The position numbers and the translations under genes are program-made. A stretch of 44,193 bases of DNA, from positions 72,645 through 116,837 of the forward strand of contig JACQLT010000001.1 of NCBI GenBank assembly GCA_016203945.1. The letters are read 5' to 3'. Source of the stretch: Parcubacteria group bacterium. GTDB taxonomy: Bacteria; Patescibacteriota; Minisyncoccia; Minisyncoccales; UBA10102. Positions 32,111-39,437 of this stretch are shown here, piece after piece. The first letter of the stretch is position 1. Each line of letters begins with the position of its first letter. Below the pieces are notes generated by a model. That model searched no databases, was not told the DNA's origin, and saw only the letters and a list, made by a program, of their open reading frames with translations.

Positions 32111-32989
32111 TCAGCGCTTGAACATACGCCTGGCCAGGGCTTTCAAAAATAGGTATGCAAGGAACAGGGCGAACGCATACAGGATAATCTCGGTTTTCAG
32201 AACGAATGCGGCCGCAGAAAGAGAGGCAAGATAGAAAGAGGCCTTGGTTTTCTCCGTACTGTTTGCCTCGGGGTTTCCATTGAGAGTATCCAGCTGCTGC
32301 CTTGCTTGTTCTTGCTTCTGCTCTACCTGCTCTTTCACGGGAGCTAACAAACTTTGTGCCGCAGCATGAATCTCAGATATTGGTTTCTCAACTGCCTCAG
32401 GAAGCAGGGCTATGATCGTATCTGTTATATCGGTCTGTTCTGAAGGAACAGCGTTCTCTTCTTCGGAAATTGGCGAGGAAGCTGCAAGCGGATCCGTTCC
32501 TTCGCTGAGCTCCTGAGCATCTGATGTACCGTCGTTGTCGTCATCTGTATCCGTGTTGTTTCCGATCCCGTCCTTATCTGTATCCTTCTCAACCTGGCGC
32601 AAGCTTTCTTGCGCTCTTGCCTGCTGAAGCTCTATTGCGACCGGAGAACCTCCCACGCGTATGACAGAGACCTTTGTGATAACAGCTTCTATAAGGTGCT
32701 CCCCTTCAGTCGCGCTCCAGTCAACCCACACCTGCGTGAACTTGCCTCCGCGCTCCACAAAAAAATCAGATGACCCGATGGAGTTTTTGTTATCCAAAAA
32801 CTCAATGGCGCCTGCAATGTCTTCGCTCCCGCTGTTAAAAAGAGCCGCGTATACGCGAACCGTTTCTCCCGCAAAGAACGGGTCTTTTGAATACCAGATG
32901 CCTCCCTGCAGGAATCCCGCGTTGGAAAGAGGTTCGGCAAAAACAAACGCGGGAATAGCCAGGAAAAAAACCATGAGAAGCGTTTTCAT
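32111..32989 (-). CDS. Secreted protein with an Ig-like (CARDB-like) N-domain, a thrombospondin-type-3-like Asp-rich Ca-binding motif and a C-terminal TM anchor
   Basis: Signal peptide MKTLLMVFFLAIPAFVFA, DTDKDGIGNNTDTDDDNDGTSDAQE, and C-terminal hydrophobic helices. Confidence 0.65.
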   Translation of the reverse strand: MKTLLMVFFLAIPAFVFAEPLSNAGFLQGGIWYSKDPFFAGETVRVYAALFNSGSEDIAGAIEFLDNKNSIGSSDFFVERGGKFTQVWVDWSATEGEHLIEAVITKVSVIRVGGSPVAIELQQARAQESLRQVEKDTDKDGIGNNTDTDDDNDGTSDAQELSEGTDPLAASSPISEEENAVPSEQTDITDTIIALLPEAVEKPISEIHAAAQSLLAPVKEQVEQKQEQARQQLDTLNGNPEANSTEKTKASFYLASLSAAAFVLKTEIILYAFALFLAYLFLKALARRMFKR

Positions 32990-33045
32990 CTTGATACATC
33001 AAGTATAGCTTGAATATGGGGGCGTATCTACTATACTATATAGTG

Positions 33046-34005
33046 ATGAACGACTCTTTCTTCCAGTATCTGGGTCTTGAATTTGTACGCGTCACGGAGT
33101 TAGCGGCCATTTCAACGGCAAGATGGATTGGAAAAGGAGACAATAAAGCGGCCGATGCTGCTGCGGTAGACGCTATGCGCGAAGCTCTCAACCAAATTGA
33201 TTTTGCAGGAGAGATAGTAATCGGCGAAGGAGCAAAAGACGAATCCGCAGAGCTCTACATCGGCGAGAAAGTCGGCCGAGGCAATGGCCCTGTTCTTGAT
33301 ATCGCCGTTGATCCCCTGGAATGCACCAACAGCGTCGCCTACGGCAGGCCCAACGCCATAACCGTCATTGCCGTCGGTTCCCGGGGCTGTCTCTACAAAG
33401 CCGCGGACTCGTATATGGAAAAAATCGCGGTGAGCGGCCAAGCAAAAAACGTCGTTGATTTAGACGCGCCAGTCAAAGACAACATAGTTCGTGTCGCCAA
33501 GGCGCTTGGCAAAGACGTTTCTGAAATTACCGTTGCCATCCTTGACCGCGACCGGCATCAAGACCTCATTCAAGAAGTTCGCGCAGCAGGGGCCCGTGTC
33601 CAGCTTTTCACTGATGGAGACATTGCCATGGGACTTGCTCCCTGCCTGCAAGAGTCCCCGGTTGATATGCTCATGGGCATTGGCGGCAGCACCGAAGCCG
33701 TCATTGCGGCTACCGCTCTCAAATGCCTGAATGGAGAGATTCTCTGCCGATGGAAACCCAAAGACGAAACCCACATCAAAAGATTGCGCGCGGCCGGCAT
33801 CGCCGACTTTAATACGATCCTGACCGCCGAAGATTTGGCCAAGGGTCGCGATCTCGCTTTTGCCGCCACCGGCGTTCTCACTGGCCCCCTTCTTGAAGGC
33901 ATTACCTGGGCGCCAGAACGCATCATCACTCATACTATGGTCATATCGTCAAACCCTCAAACAATGAGAGTGATACGCACCGCCCATAACGCCATGAACG
34001 CATAA
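33046..34005 (+). CDS. glpX: Class II fructose-1,6-bisphosphatase
   Basis: LEFVRVTELAAISTARWIGKGDNKAADAAAVDAMR and DIAVDPLECTN. Start moved from TTG 33010 to ATG 33046 (MNDSFFQ). Confidence 0.9.
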   Translation: MNDSFFQYLGLEFVRVTELAAISTARWIGKGDNKAADAAAVDAMREALNQIDFAGEIVIGEGAKDESAELYIGEKVGRGNGPVLDIAVDPLECTNSVAYGRPNAITVIAVGSRGCLYKAADSYMEKIAVSGQAKNVVDLDAPVKDNIVRVAKALGKDVSEITVAILDRDRHQDLIQEVRAAGARVQLFTDGDIAMGLAPCLQESPVDMLMGIGGSTEAVIAATALKCLNGEILCRWKPKDETHIKRLRAAGIADFNTILTAEDLAKGRDLAFAATGVLTGPLLEGITWAPERIITHTMVISSNPQTMRVIRTAHNAMNA

Positions 34006-34009
34006 ATCC

Positions 34010-34909
34010 ATGCAAGAACTCTACATTTTGCCTTTTGATCATCGCGGTTCGTTTCTCAAAATGCTCGGTTTTTCGAAAAACGAGTTGACCGCAGAACAAA
34101 CTCAAAGGGTCTGCGACTACAAACACGTTATCTTCGAGGCCTTTCTGTTGTCGCTCCAAATGGGTGTACTGAAAGAAAAAGCCGCCGTCTTGGTAGACGA
34201 GCAATTCGGTTTAAAAATCCATCAAGAAGCAGAACACATGGGCATTACTCATATTTTGACCGCAGAAAAATCCGGCCAGGACGAATTTGACTTTGAATAC
34301 GGCAATGCATTCGGCGACCACATAGAACGCATTGATCCCGACTATGTGAAAGTTTTGGTTCGCTATAATCCTTTGGCAGACAGGGCAATGAACCTGCGAC
34401 AGTGCGATCGCTTAAAGATACTGAACGACTACTGCAAGAGCCGCGGATACAAGTTTCTTTTTGAACTTTTAGCTGTCCCTACGCCAGAACAAATGAGCGA
34501 GGCGGGAAACGATAAAGAAACATACGAACAATCTTTGAGGTGGCGCGTTATGGTTGAATCAATCAAAGAGCTGCAATCGCGCGGCATTGAACCCGACATC
34601 TGGAAAATTGAAGGGCTGAACGACACTGACCAAATGCAGGCCGTGATTGAGACCACTCGGCGCCAATCGCGCGATAAGGTGGGTGTTGTTGTCTTGGGCA
34701 GGGGCGAAAGCGAAGAAAAAGTTAAAACCTGGCTCTCTGTTGCGGCAAAAATCCCCGGAGTTGTCGGGTTTGCCGTGGGCCGCACCGTTTTCAAGCAACC
34801 TTTGCTGGACTTCTACGAAGGAAAAATAGACCGTCAATCCGCCACCCAAAAAATAGCCCAAAACTTCAAAGGTTTTGTTGATCTCTTCTCTGAAGCGCGC
34901 ACTCGGTAA
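34010..34909 (+). CDS. DUF2090-family protein (IolC-C-terminal-like, putative aldolase-type TIM barrel)
   Basis: YILPFDHRGSF N-terminal motif and ~300-aa length. Lies 4 nt after the glpX stop. Family assignment from memory. Confidence 0.6.
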   Translation: MQELYILPFDHRGSFLKMLGFSKNELTAEQTQRVCDYKHVIFEAFLLSLQMGVLKEKAAVLVDEQFGLKIHQEAEHMGITHILTAEKSGQDEFDFEYGNAFGDHIERIDPDYVKVLVRYNPLADRAMNLRQCDRLKILNDYCKSRGYKFLFELLAVPTPEQMSEAGNDKETYEQSLRWRVMVESIKELQSRGIEPDIWKIEGLNDTDQMQAVIETTRRQSRDKVGVVVLGRGESEEKVKTWLSVAAKIPGVVGFAVGRTVFKQPLLDFYEGKIDRQSATQKIAQNFKGFVDLFSEARTR

Positions 34910-34920
34910 TCATCGCGCTT

Positions 34921-34947
34921 TTGCCCTTACGGGGCGGGCAAGTTTTT
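34921..34947 (+). terminator. Rho-independent terminator after the glpX-DUF2090 pair
   Basis: TTGCCC-TTACGGGGC-GGGCAA followed by GTTTTT. Confidence 0.65.
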
Positions 34948-35060
34948 CCTATGCTCCGTAGTGAAACAAAGCTTCTACTACTGGGGTTTGGCGGCAAATT
35001 CTAAACCAAATCCTTTTTCTTTTCTTCAAACTCTTCCTTGTCTATCTCGCCTTTGGCGTA

Positions 35061-35690
35061 TCACTCCTTCAGAACATCGATTGCGGATTTTTCATGATTG
35101 TGCGTGCCGCGCGATTGGCTTGTGAGCCATTTGATAAGCGCGACAATGCCCGCGATTATCAAGACCCACCACAAAACCATAAATATCCAGCTGAAACCGC
35201 CAAAGAGTCCGAATCCAAAGTTCATCATATTGTTTGTTGAATTATTATTGCCGAAGGGAGACGACCAACCTCCCCACATCATATTCATCATCGGCATCCA
35301 GCCGCCGCTTCCAGCCGGAAACGCCGCCGACGTGTCGCAACCGGAAAGCCGCTTACCCATGACCATGTGAATCTGCTCCTCGCCGTCTTCGCCGTGCGCC
35401 TGAATCATCATGGCATTCATGGCGGCGTGCGACTCGCCAGCCATTTGCCCCATAAAGTACTCGCCGAGTACCCCAAATTGTTCATCGCTTAAATTCTCGC
35501 AAGCGACCTCTTTTGTTTGGAGTTTATCCCAAAGCTCTTTGCCTCCTTGTTCTTCGCGGAGTGTGTGCTCAACGACTTCTTCCCAATCTGCCGTAGAGTT
35601 GGAAAAGCCACCCATCATCTGGGCGTTTGCTATTGCGACAAACGAACCAACGACGATTAGGACAAGAATTGTAAAAATAAGTTTTTTCAT
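35061..35690 (-). CDS. Exported Met/Gly-rich membrane protein whose C-terminal SHOCT domain is cut by an in-frame TGA
   Basis: Signal peptide, Met-rich stretches (GGWMPMMNMMWGGW), a TM helix, then ...SAIDVLKE-stop. The next 19 in-frame codons (35004-35060) read YAKGEIDKEEFEEKKKDLV. Confidence 0.75.
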   Translation of the reverse strand: MKKLIFTILVLIVVGSFVAIANAQMMGGFSNSTADWEEVVEHTLREEQGGKELWDKLQTKEVACENLSDEQFGVLGEYFMGQMAGESHAAMNAMMIQAHGEDGEEQIHMVMGKRLSGCDTSAAFPAGSGGWMPMMNMMWGGWSSPFGNNNSTNNMMNFGFGLFGGFSWIFMVLWWVLIIAGIVALIKWLTSQSRGTHNHEKSAIDVLKE

Positions 35691-35717
35691 TGTAAGATAA
35701 TGCCGAGTTTCATAAAA

Positions 35718-35840
35718 TTATTTCAGCAAATCTTCCATTGGAACACCCAATGCTTTGGCAATTTTTGCCATCAAGAGTTCGCTACGACGCTGCGGTGAAA
35801 TTATATCCTTTGCGCGAACCTTTTTCGAGAACCCACCGGC
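35718..35840 (-). pseudogene. 3' fragment of an XRE-family HTH gene (last ~40 codons only)
   Basis: The frame open between TGA (35841-35843) and TAA (35718-35720) reads AGGFSKKVRAKDIISPQRRSELLMAKIAKALGVPMEDLLK. This matches the C-terminal half of an HTH_3 domain. There is no N-terminal half and no start. Confidence 0.6.
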
Positions 35841-35863
35841 TCACTGACGCTCGCCGGACGCTC

Positions 35864-35934
35864 GGGCGTGGCGGAATTCCCCCCACACCCCCCTTCCGCC
35901 GCGCCCTCGCTTGGACGGACGGAATTTTCGGCGG
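35864..35934 (+). repeat. Left copy of a ~72-bp GC-rich structured repeat (GGCGTGGCGGAAT-Cn-ACACCCCCCTTCCGCCGCGCCCTCGCTTGG...AATTTTCGGCGG)
   Basis: Aligns to the reverse complement of 38547-38619 with a few substitutions and indels. It has an internal 10-bp stem GGCGTGGCGG/CCGCCGCGCC. Confidence 0.85.
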
Positions 35935-35941
35935 CTGACTA

Positions 35942-37609
35942 CTATTTAATATCACAAAATTGCTCTCCTGTAGTCATCAAGTAATCCCATACAACATAAC
36001 TATTTATATACTTAATCTCACTTTCTGACAGGTTGAAAATATTTTGATTAATGTATTTTTGTAAGTACTCGTCATTTGATCTTTGCACGGCATCCTTAGT
36101 CAATTCTTTTATCACAGAATTTTCCTCAGCAGTAATGCCAGGAAAAGGGAGTGCCATCAGACTTTCTTTGGCAATCTTGTTTACTCCACCGAATAATTTT
36201 AAATGTAAATACGAGTATAAATTAGAATTCAAAAATGCCATGACCGTATAAATATCAAAGTCTGAGATTTTAGGAATAATTATATTTGCACTATTACTCG
36301 TCAATGATCCAGTTGTATCTATGGCGACTTTTAGATATTTATTTATGGTTTTATATACGAGCTTCTTAGATGCTCTGTATATTTCATCGGGCGCAACTTG
36401 TTGTAAGTTGTTCCTATCAAAAACAATATAGTTCTTTGGGGAGAGAAGTTTATACTTTTCAACTTCTTTTCCAGTATAGATATGTTCTGCGCCCGAAATT
36501 TTCTGGTCCAGTAATTTAGTTTTGTTATCACCAGTAACTACTCCTAAACCAAAAATGCTGCGAGATAAATCATATTTCTTTAGCTTATTAACCTTTTCAA
36601 TAATTGCTATATCCTGCTCGGTTAGGTGGACAAAAATGTGATTTTGGAAACCTTTAAATAAATCTTTTGGAATAACTGTTGTAATTTTATTTACAAATAG
36701 CATTTGATTACTTTTCGCGTGGTTCAACTCAATCAAATAAACATCGGACATTACTCCAGAAAATTTCTTTGAGTACCTCTTGATTTTCTTTAGATTAGTT
36801 TGTCCGAGTATAAAATCTCTGATATCAGTATGCCTTTTGACATTCAATAATGCTTCAGGCAGTAGATATCTAAACACACCATCTTTCTTTAGTAATTTAT
36901 ATCCAAACTCAATAAAATAAGAAAAACTTTCTCCGGACATTACGTGCTCCGTGGGAATTTTAGACAAATCCAAATTAGCACCATATGGCGGGTTGCTAAT
37001 GATGTAATCAAATCTTAAATTTTTATTTTTTAGAAACCATACGAAAAAGTCATCACAATAAAGATTCGGTGATTTTGCCGTAGGAAATTTGATGAAGTAA
37101 TTAAATTTTGCAATCATTATCGCAATCGGATCGTTGTCAATTCCAAATATCTGATCCGACGGCGCGTTAGAACGGAACAGGAATGATCCCGATCCGCAAG
37201 CTGGATCAAAAATGATTTGCCCAGAAGAAAAATCCAAATCGCCGACAAAATCTTCTGCTATTTCACCACCGGTATAGAAAGACCCTTTTTCTAGATTTTC
37301 CTTTTTCGAGTTTAGATATTGATAGGCTGACCCCAATAAATCAAATTCATTCCTTGAGATATTCCCAATCGCAATTATTTTATAGTCATATTCGGAAAGA
37401 AATTGTTTTACTGCCGGATTTTTATTCCCTTTCAATAGTTGGCACCCGATTGAAAATAATAGTTGTTCTTTTGGGACATTGAAATCCAGCAAAGACTGCA
37501 AAAAGTGAACAACGCCCGCTTCCTTTATGTTGTGAATTGGAATTGTGTGCTCAGAATTTAATCTGAGGTGTTTAGATCGGTTTTGTATTGTTGTGTTTTT
37601 TACTAACAT
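35942..37609 (-). CDS. N6-adenine DNA methyltransferase, gamma class (Eco57I/TaqI-like) with a C-terminal target-recognition domain
   Basis: Motif I IIFDPACGSGSFLF, motif IV IISNPPYGANLD, and a long C-terminal TRD. 555 aa. Confidence 0.88.
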   Translation of the reverse strand: MLVKNTTIQNRSKHLRLNSEHTIPIHNIKEAGVVHFLQSLLDFNVPKEQLLFSIGCQLLKGNKNPAVKQFLSEYDYKIIAIGNISRNEFDLLGSAYQYLNSKKENLEKGSFYTGGEIAEDFVGDLDFSSGQIIFDPACGSGSFLFRSNAPSDQIFGIDNDPIAIMIAKFNYFIKFPTAKSPNLYCDDFFVWFLKNKNLRFDYIISNPPYGANLDLSKIPTEHVMSGESFSYFIEFGYKLLKKDGVFRYLLPEALLNVKRHTDIRDFILGQTNLKKIKRYSKKFSGVMSDVYLIELNHAKSNQMLFVNKITTVIPKDLFKGFQNHIFVHLTEQDIAIIEKVNKLKKYDLSRSIFGLGVVTGDNKTKLLDQKISGAEHIYTGKEVEKYKLLSPKNYIVFDRNNLQQVAPDEIYRASKKLVYKTINKYLKVAIDTTGSLTSNSANIIIPKISDFDIYTVMAFLNSNLYSYLHLKLFGGVNKIAKESLMALPFPGITAEENSVIKELTKDAVQRSNDEYLQKYINQNIFNLSESEIKYINSYVVWDYLMTTGEQFCDIK

Positions 37610-38198
37610 GTTGCTCTGATAACTCTTTGTATATATCCGTCATTTCTTGATAGGTAACGGTATCTTTCAGGTTATTATCCAAATGCCACTGTATGTTGCT
37701 CTTGGTTATGCCAAATTGGCCGCTTTTACCCACCTCATCATAACGTCCATGCCTATCGCTCCAATTAGAAAATTTTCCAGTGGAAATATCTTCTCTCCTC
37801 GCCAAGAATATTTTAACACAATCCCCAAAAAGCAGAACATATATGAGGTAATCAAAGTGATCCCTTTTTACATTTTGGACATTAGCCAAATACTCAGCCG
37901 TTTTGCACTCGCTAAACGGAACTAGCCGATTCGTTTCTAGGTTATTATTTTCGAACAGTATCCTTTCTATTATTGTTTTTAGTTTTTTCACATTACCAGA
38001 TGCTTTAAGAACCTTGCATGCCTTTATCTCGTATCGTTTACCGTCTTGGTCTGTTGCATCGTGATCATTTCCTTTCGGTTCATTGAGGTTATATTTCTCT
38101 CGCACAAACGGCTCAACATACTGCTCGCCGTAAGACCTGCTAGGGGCAAGAAAAAGACCATCGCGAATTTTCTTTACAATGTCGTCAATAATTTCCAT
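37572..38198 (-). CDS. Putative type II restriction endonuclease (PD-(D/E)xK candidate)
   Basis: A 208-aa orphan lying between the controller and the methyltransferase. DATDQDGKRYEIKACK fits D...ExK. Overlaps the methyltransferase start by 38 nt. Confidence 0.55.
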   Translation of the reverse strand: MEIIDDIVKKIRDGLFLAPSRSYGEQYVEPFVREKYNLNEPKGNDHDATDQDGKRYEIKACKVLKASGNVKKLKTIIERILFENNNLETNRLVPFSECKTAEYLANVQNVKRDHFDYLIYVLLFGDCVKIFLARREDISTGKFSNWSDRHGRYDEVGKSGQFGITKSNIQWHLDNNLKDTVTYQEMTDIYKELSEQHVSKKHNNTKPI

Positions 38199-38199
38199 A

Positions 38200-38421
38200 T
38201 TATTTTAGAAAGAAACCTAAATCTTTCTTATAAATTCGCGCGAACTCTTTAAGCGCAACGATATCAATACGCCTCTGTCCGGCTTCTACTTTTGAGACAT
38301 GAGACTGTGTCTTTCCGAGCAATTTAGCTACATCCGCCTGATCTAAACCGGTCTCTTGTCGAGCTTTCCTTAACTGCTCGACTGTATATTTATGGTCTTT
38401 TGAGTAAATTGCTTTACTCAT
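38200..38421 (-). CDS. XRE-family HTH protein, likely R-M controller (C) protein
   Basis: 73 aa, with LRKARQETGLDQADVAKLLGKTQSHVSKVEAGQRRIDIVALKEFARIY. Its stop is 1 nt before the endonuclease start. Confidence 0.75.
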   Translation of the reverse strand: MSKAIYSKDHKYTVEQLRKARQETGLDQADVAKLLGKTQSHVSKVEAGQRRIDIVALKEFARIYKKDLGFFLK

Positions 38422-38434
38422 AGTGATAATTATA

Positions 38435-38461
38435 TGTTAGTATTCCATTGTGTTATATTCC
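38435..38461 (-). promoter_or_regulatory. Candidate operator upstream of the controller gene: two 11-12-nt direct repeats GGAATA(T/C)(A/T)AACA separated by 4 nt, overlapping the promoter (TATAAT 8 nt before the ATG)
   Basis: Gene strand ttGGAATATAACAcaatGGAATACTAACAtaTAATtatcactATG. Confidence 0.4.
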
Positions 38462-38546
38462 AAATTGTCATATAATAATCGAGGGGGTTCCGCTAACTTG
38501 CCCGCGCACTGGGAGGGTGGGGTAGGAGCAAGATTTCAAAATAGCT

Positions 38547-38619
38547 CCGCCAAAAAATTCGCCAGCCCAAGCGAGGGCGCGGCGGAAGGGGGGTGTGGGG
38601 GGGGATTCCGCCACGCCTC
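38547..38619 (-). repeat. Right copy of the ~72-bp structured repeat, starting 13 nt after the tRNA-Ser 3' end; in this orientation it looks like the tRNA terminator (stem plus AATTTTTTGG)
   Basis: The reverse complement reads GAGGCGTGGCGGAATCCCCCCCCACACCCCCCTTCCGCCGCGCCCTCGCTTGGGCTGGCGAATTTTTTGGCGG. Confidence 0.85.
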
Positions 38620-38632
38620 GTGAAGTTTCTAT

Positions 38633-38722
38633 TGGCGGTGGGGGAGAGATTCGAACTCTCGATGCCCTTTCGGACATAGCTGCTCTCCAAGCAGCCGCAC
38701 TAGGCCACTATGCGACCCCACC
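38633..38722 (-). tRNA. tRNA-Ser (anticodon GGA), long variable arm, CCA encoded
   Basis: GGTGGGGTCGCATAGTGGCCTAGTGCGGCTGCTTGGAGAGCAGCTATGTCCGAAAGGGCATCGAGAGTTCGAATCTCTCCCCCACCGCCA. Anticodon loop UUGGAGA, variable-arm hairpin, 90 nt. Confidence 0.92.
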
Positions 38723-38724
38723 AT

Positions 38725-38823
38725 GAGCGTTTTTCCCTGGGTATTGACCCCAGGAATCTCCTCAACCCAAGCAAGATACCACTTACCCCGCTTTTTATAG
38801 ACGGCAGTGAATGTCTGTTTCAT
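38725..38823 (-). pseudogene. 5' fragment of a HicB-like (UPF0150) antitoxin gene, cut off 2 nt before the tRNA-Ser 5' end
   Basis: MKQTFTAVYKKRGKWYLAWVEEIPGVNTQGKTL matches the HicB N-terminal beta-sheet motif (PG..TQG.T). The track ORF 38629..38862 simply reads on through the tRNA. Confidence 0.55.
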
Positions 38824-38868
38824 AGAATATATTGTATCGCAATGTAGAGTCGATTGCAACAAAACGAG

Positions 38869-39399
38869 CTAATGCGGCAAGGCGCGAATCAACTCTACTA
38901 CACGAGGATGCTGGGAAGCAAACTTGTAGCTCACGAGCTTCATGACAATCAAAAAATCTAACAGCTCTTCTCTCAACATTTCCGGCCCTGAAAAGATCTC
39001 CCAGACCTCTTCTGCGATATTCTTCATCGCGTTGTGCAAGATCTCATAGTCCGCCTTGTCCCTCAGGTAGGCAATGATGCTTTTGAATTCTCCCCGATCC
39101 AGCCAGATACCGTGGCAGATGTTGCACACGTCCAGCTTTACGGAGGAGTCTCCGTATCTCACCTCGTAAAGCGGGAGGCGGTCCGCGGGACAGACCTTCT
39201 GCCCCCTCTCAATACGGAACTTCGTCTCGTCTTTCCAAAGGTCAATATCCAGCCAGCGCAGGTTGCGATCTTTTTCGTCTTTTGCTTCTTGGAGCTCTCC
39301 TTCTTCAAACCACAATCCGTAGCAGCGGGAACAGAAATCCACCCCTACGTTGGAAAGAAGCGCCTGGTCCAATGGAATCTTGCACAAGGGGCACATCAT
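38869..39399 (-). CDS. Protein with two TFIIB-type zinc ribbons plus a C-terminal helical domain
   Basis: CPLCKIPL...DFCSRCYGLWFEEGEL and CPADRLPL...DVCNICHGIWLDRGEF. Confidence 0.75.
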   Translation of the reverse strand: MMCPLCKIPLDQALLSNVGVDFCSRCYGLWFEEGELQEAKDEKDRNLRWLDIDLWKDETKFRIERGQKVCPADRLPLYEVRYGDSSVKLDVCNICHGIWLDRGEFKSIIAYLRDKADYEILHNAMKNIAEEVWEIFSGPEMLREELLDFLIVMKLVSYKFASQHPRVVELIRALPH

Positions 39400-39437
39400 A
39401 TATATGAAAGCTCAAATTTCAAAGCTCAAATATCAAA

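Larger units (their letters stand above)
35841..38632. mobile_element. AT-rich restriction-modification cassette bounded by inverted ~72-bp repeats next to tRNA-Ser (no recombinase gene visible)
   Basis: Sampled lines inside are about one-third G+C, versus about one-half in the flanks. Inverted repeats lie at 35864-35934 and 38547-38619. Truncated genes sit on both sides. Confidence 0.45.

Noticed and set aside
35061-35063. UGA recoding (code 25 Gly or code 4 Trp) as the explanation for the in-frame TGA
   Set aside because: Multiple well-conserved genes in the window terminate at TGA at the expected protein ends, including ATGA stop/start overlaps at 611-614, 1588-1591, 5819-5822 and 6055-6058. 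I saw no other in-frame TGAs in conserved proteins such as GroEL, RecA, RpoD and TypA.
35738-35938. 66-aa ORF (and its mirror ORFs 38468..38677 and 38493..38690) encoding ...PPTPPFRRALAW...
   Set aside because: These ORFs are translations of the two copies of the GC-rich 72-bp structured repeat. They have no start context. The Pro/Gly-rich sequence comes from C/G runs, and the shared peptide simply reflects the DNA repeat.
38629-38862. 77-aa ORF treated as an intact gene
   Set aside because: Its C-terminal two-thirds run straight through tRNA-Ser(GGA). Only the first ~33 codons after the internal ATG resemble a protein family (HicB), so it is called a truncated fragment instead.
39407-39431. 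Direct repeat AAAGCTCAAAT x2 (period 14) between htpX and the zinc-ribbon gene as a regulatory site
   Set aside because: It is real in the sequence, but short and AT-rich, with no second occurrence elsewhere in the window. The evidence is not enough to call it a function.
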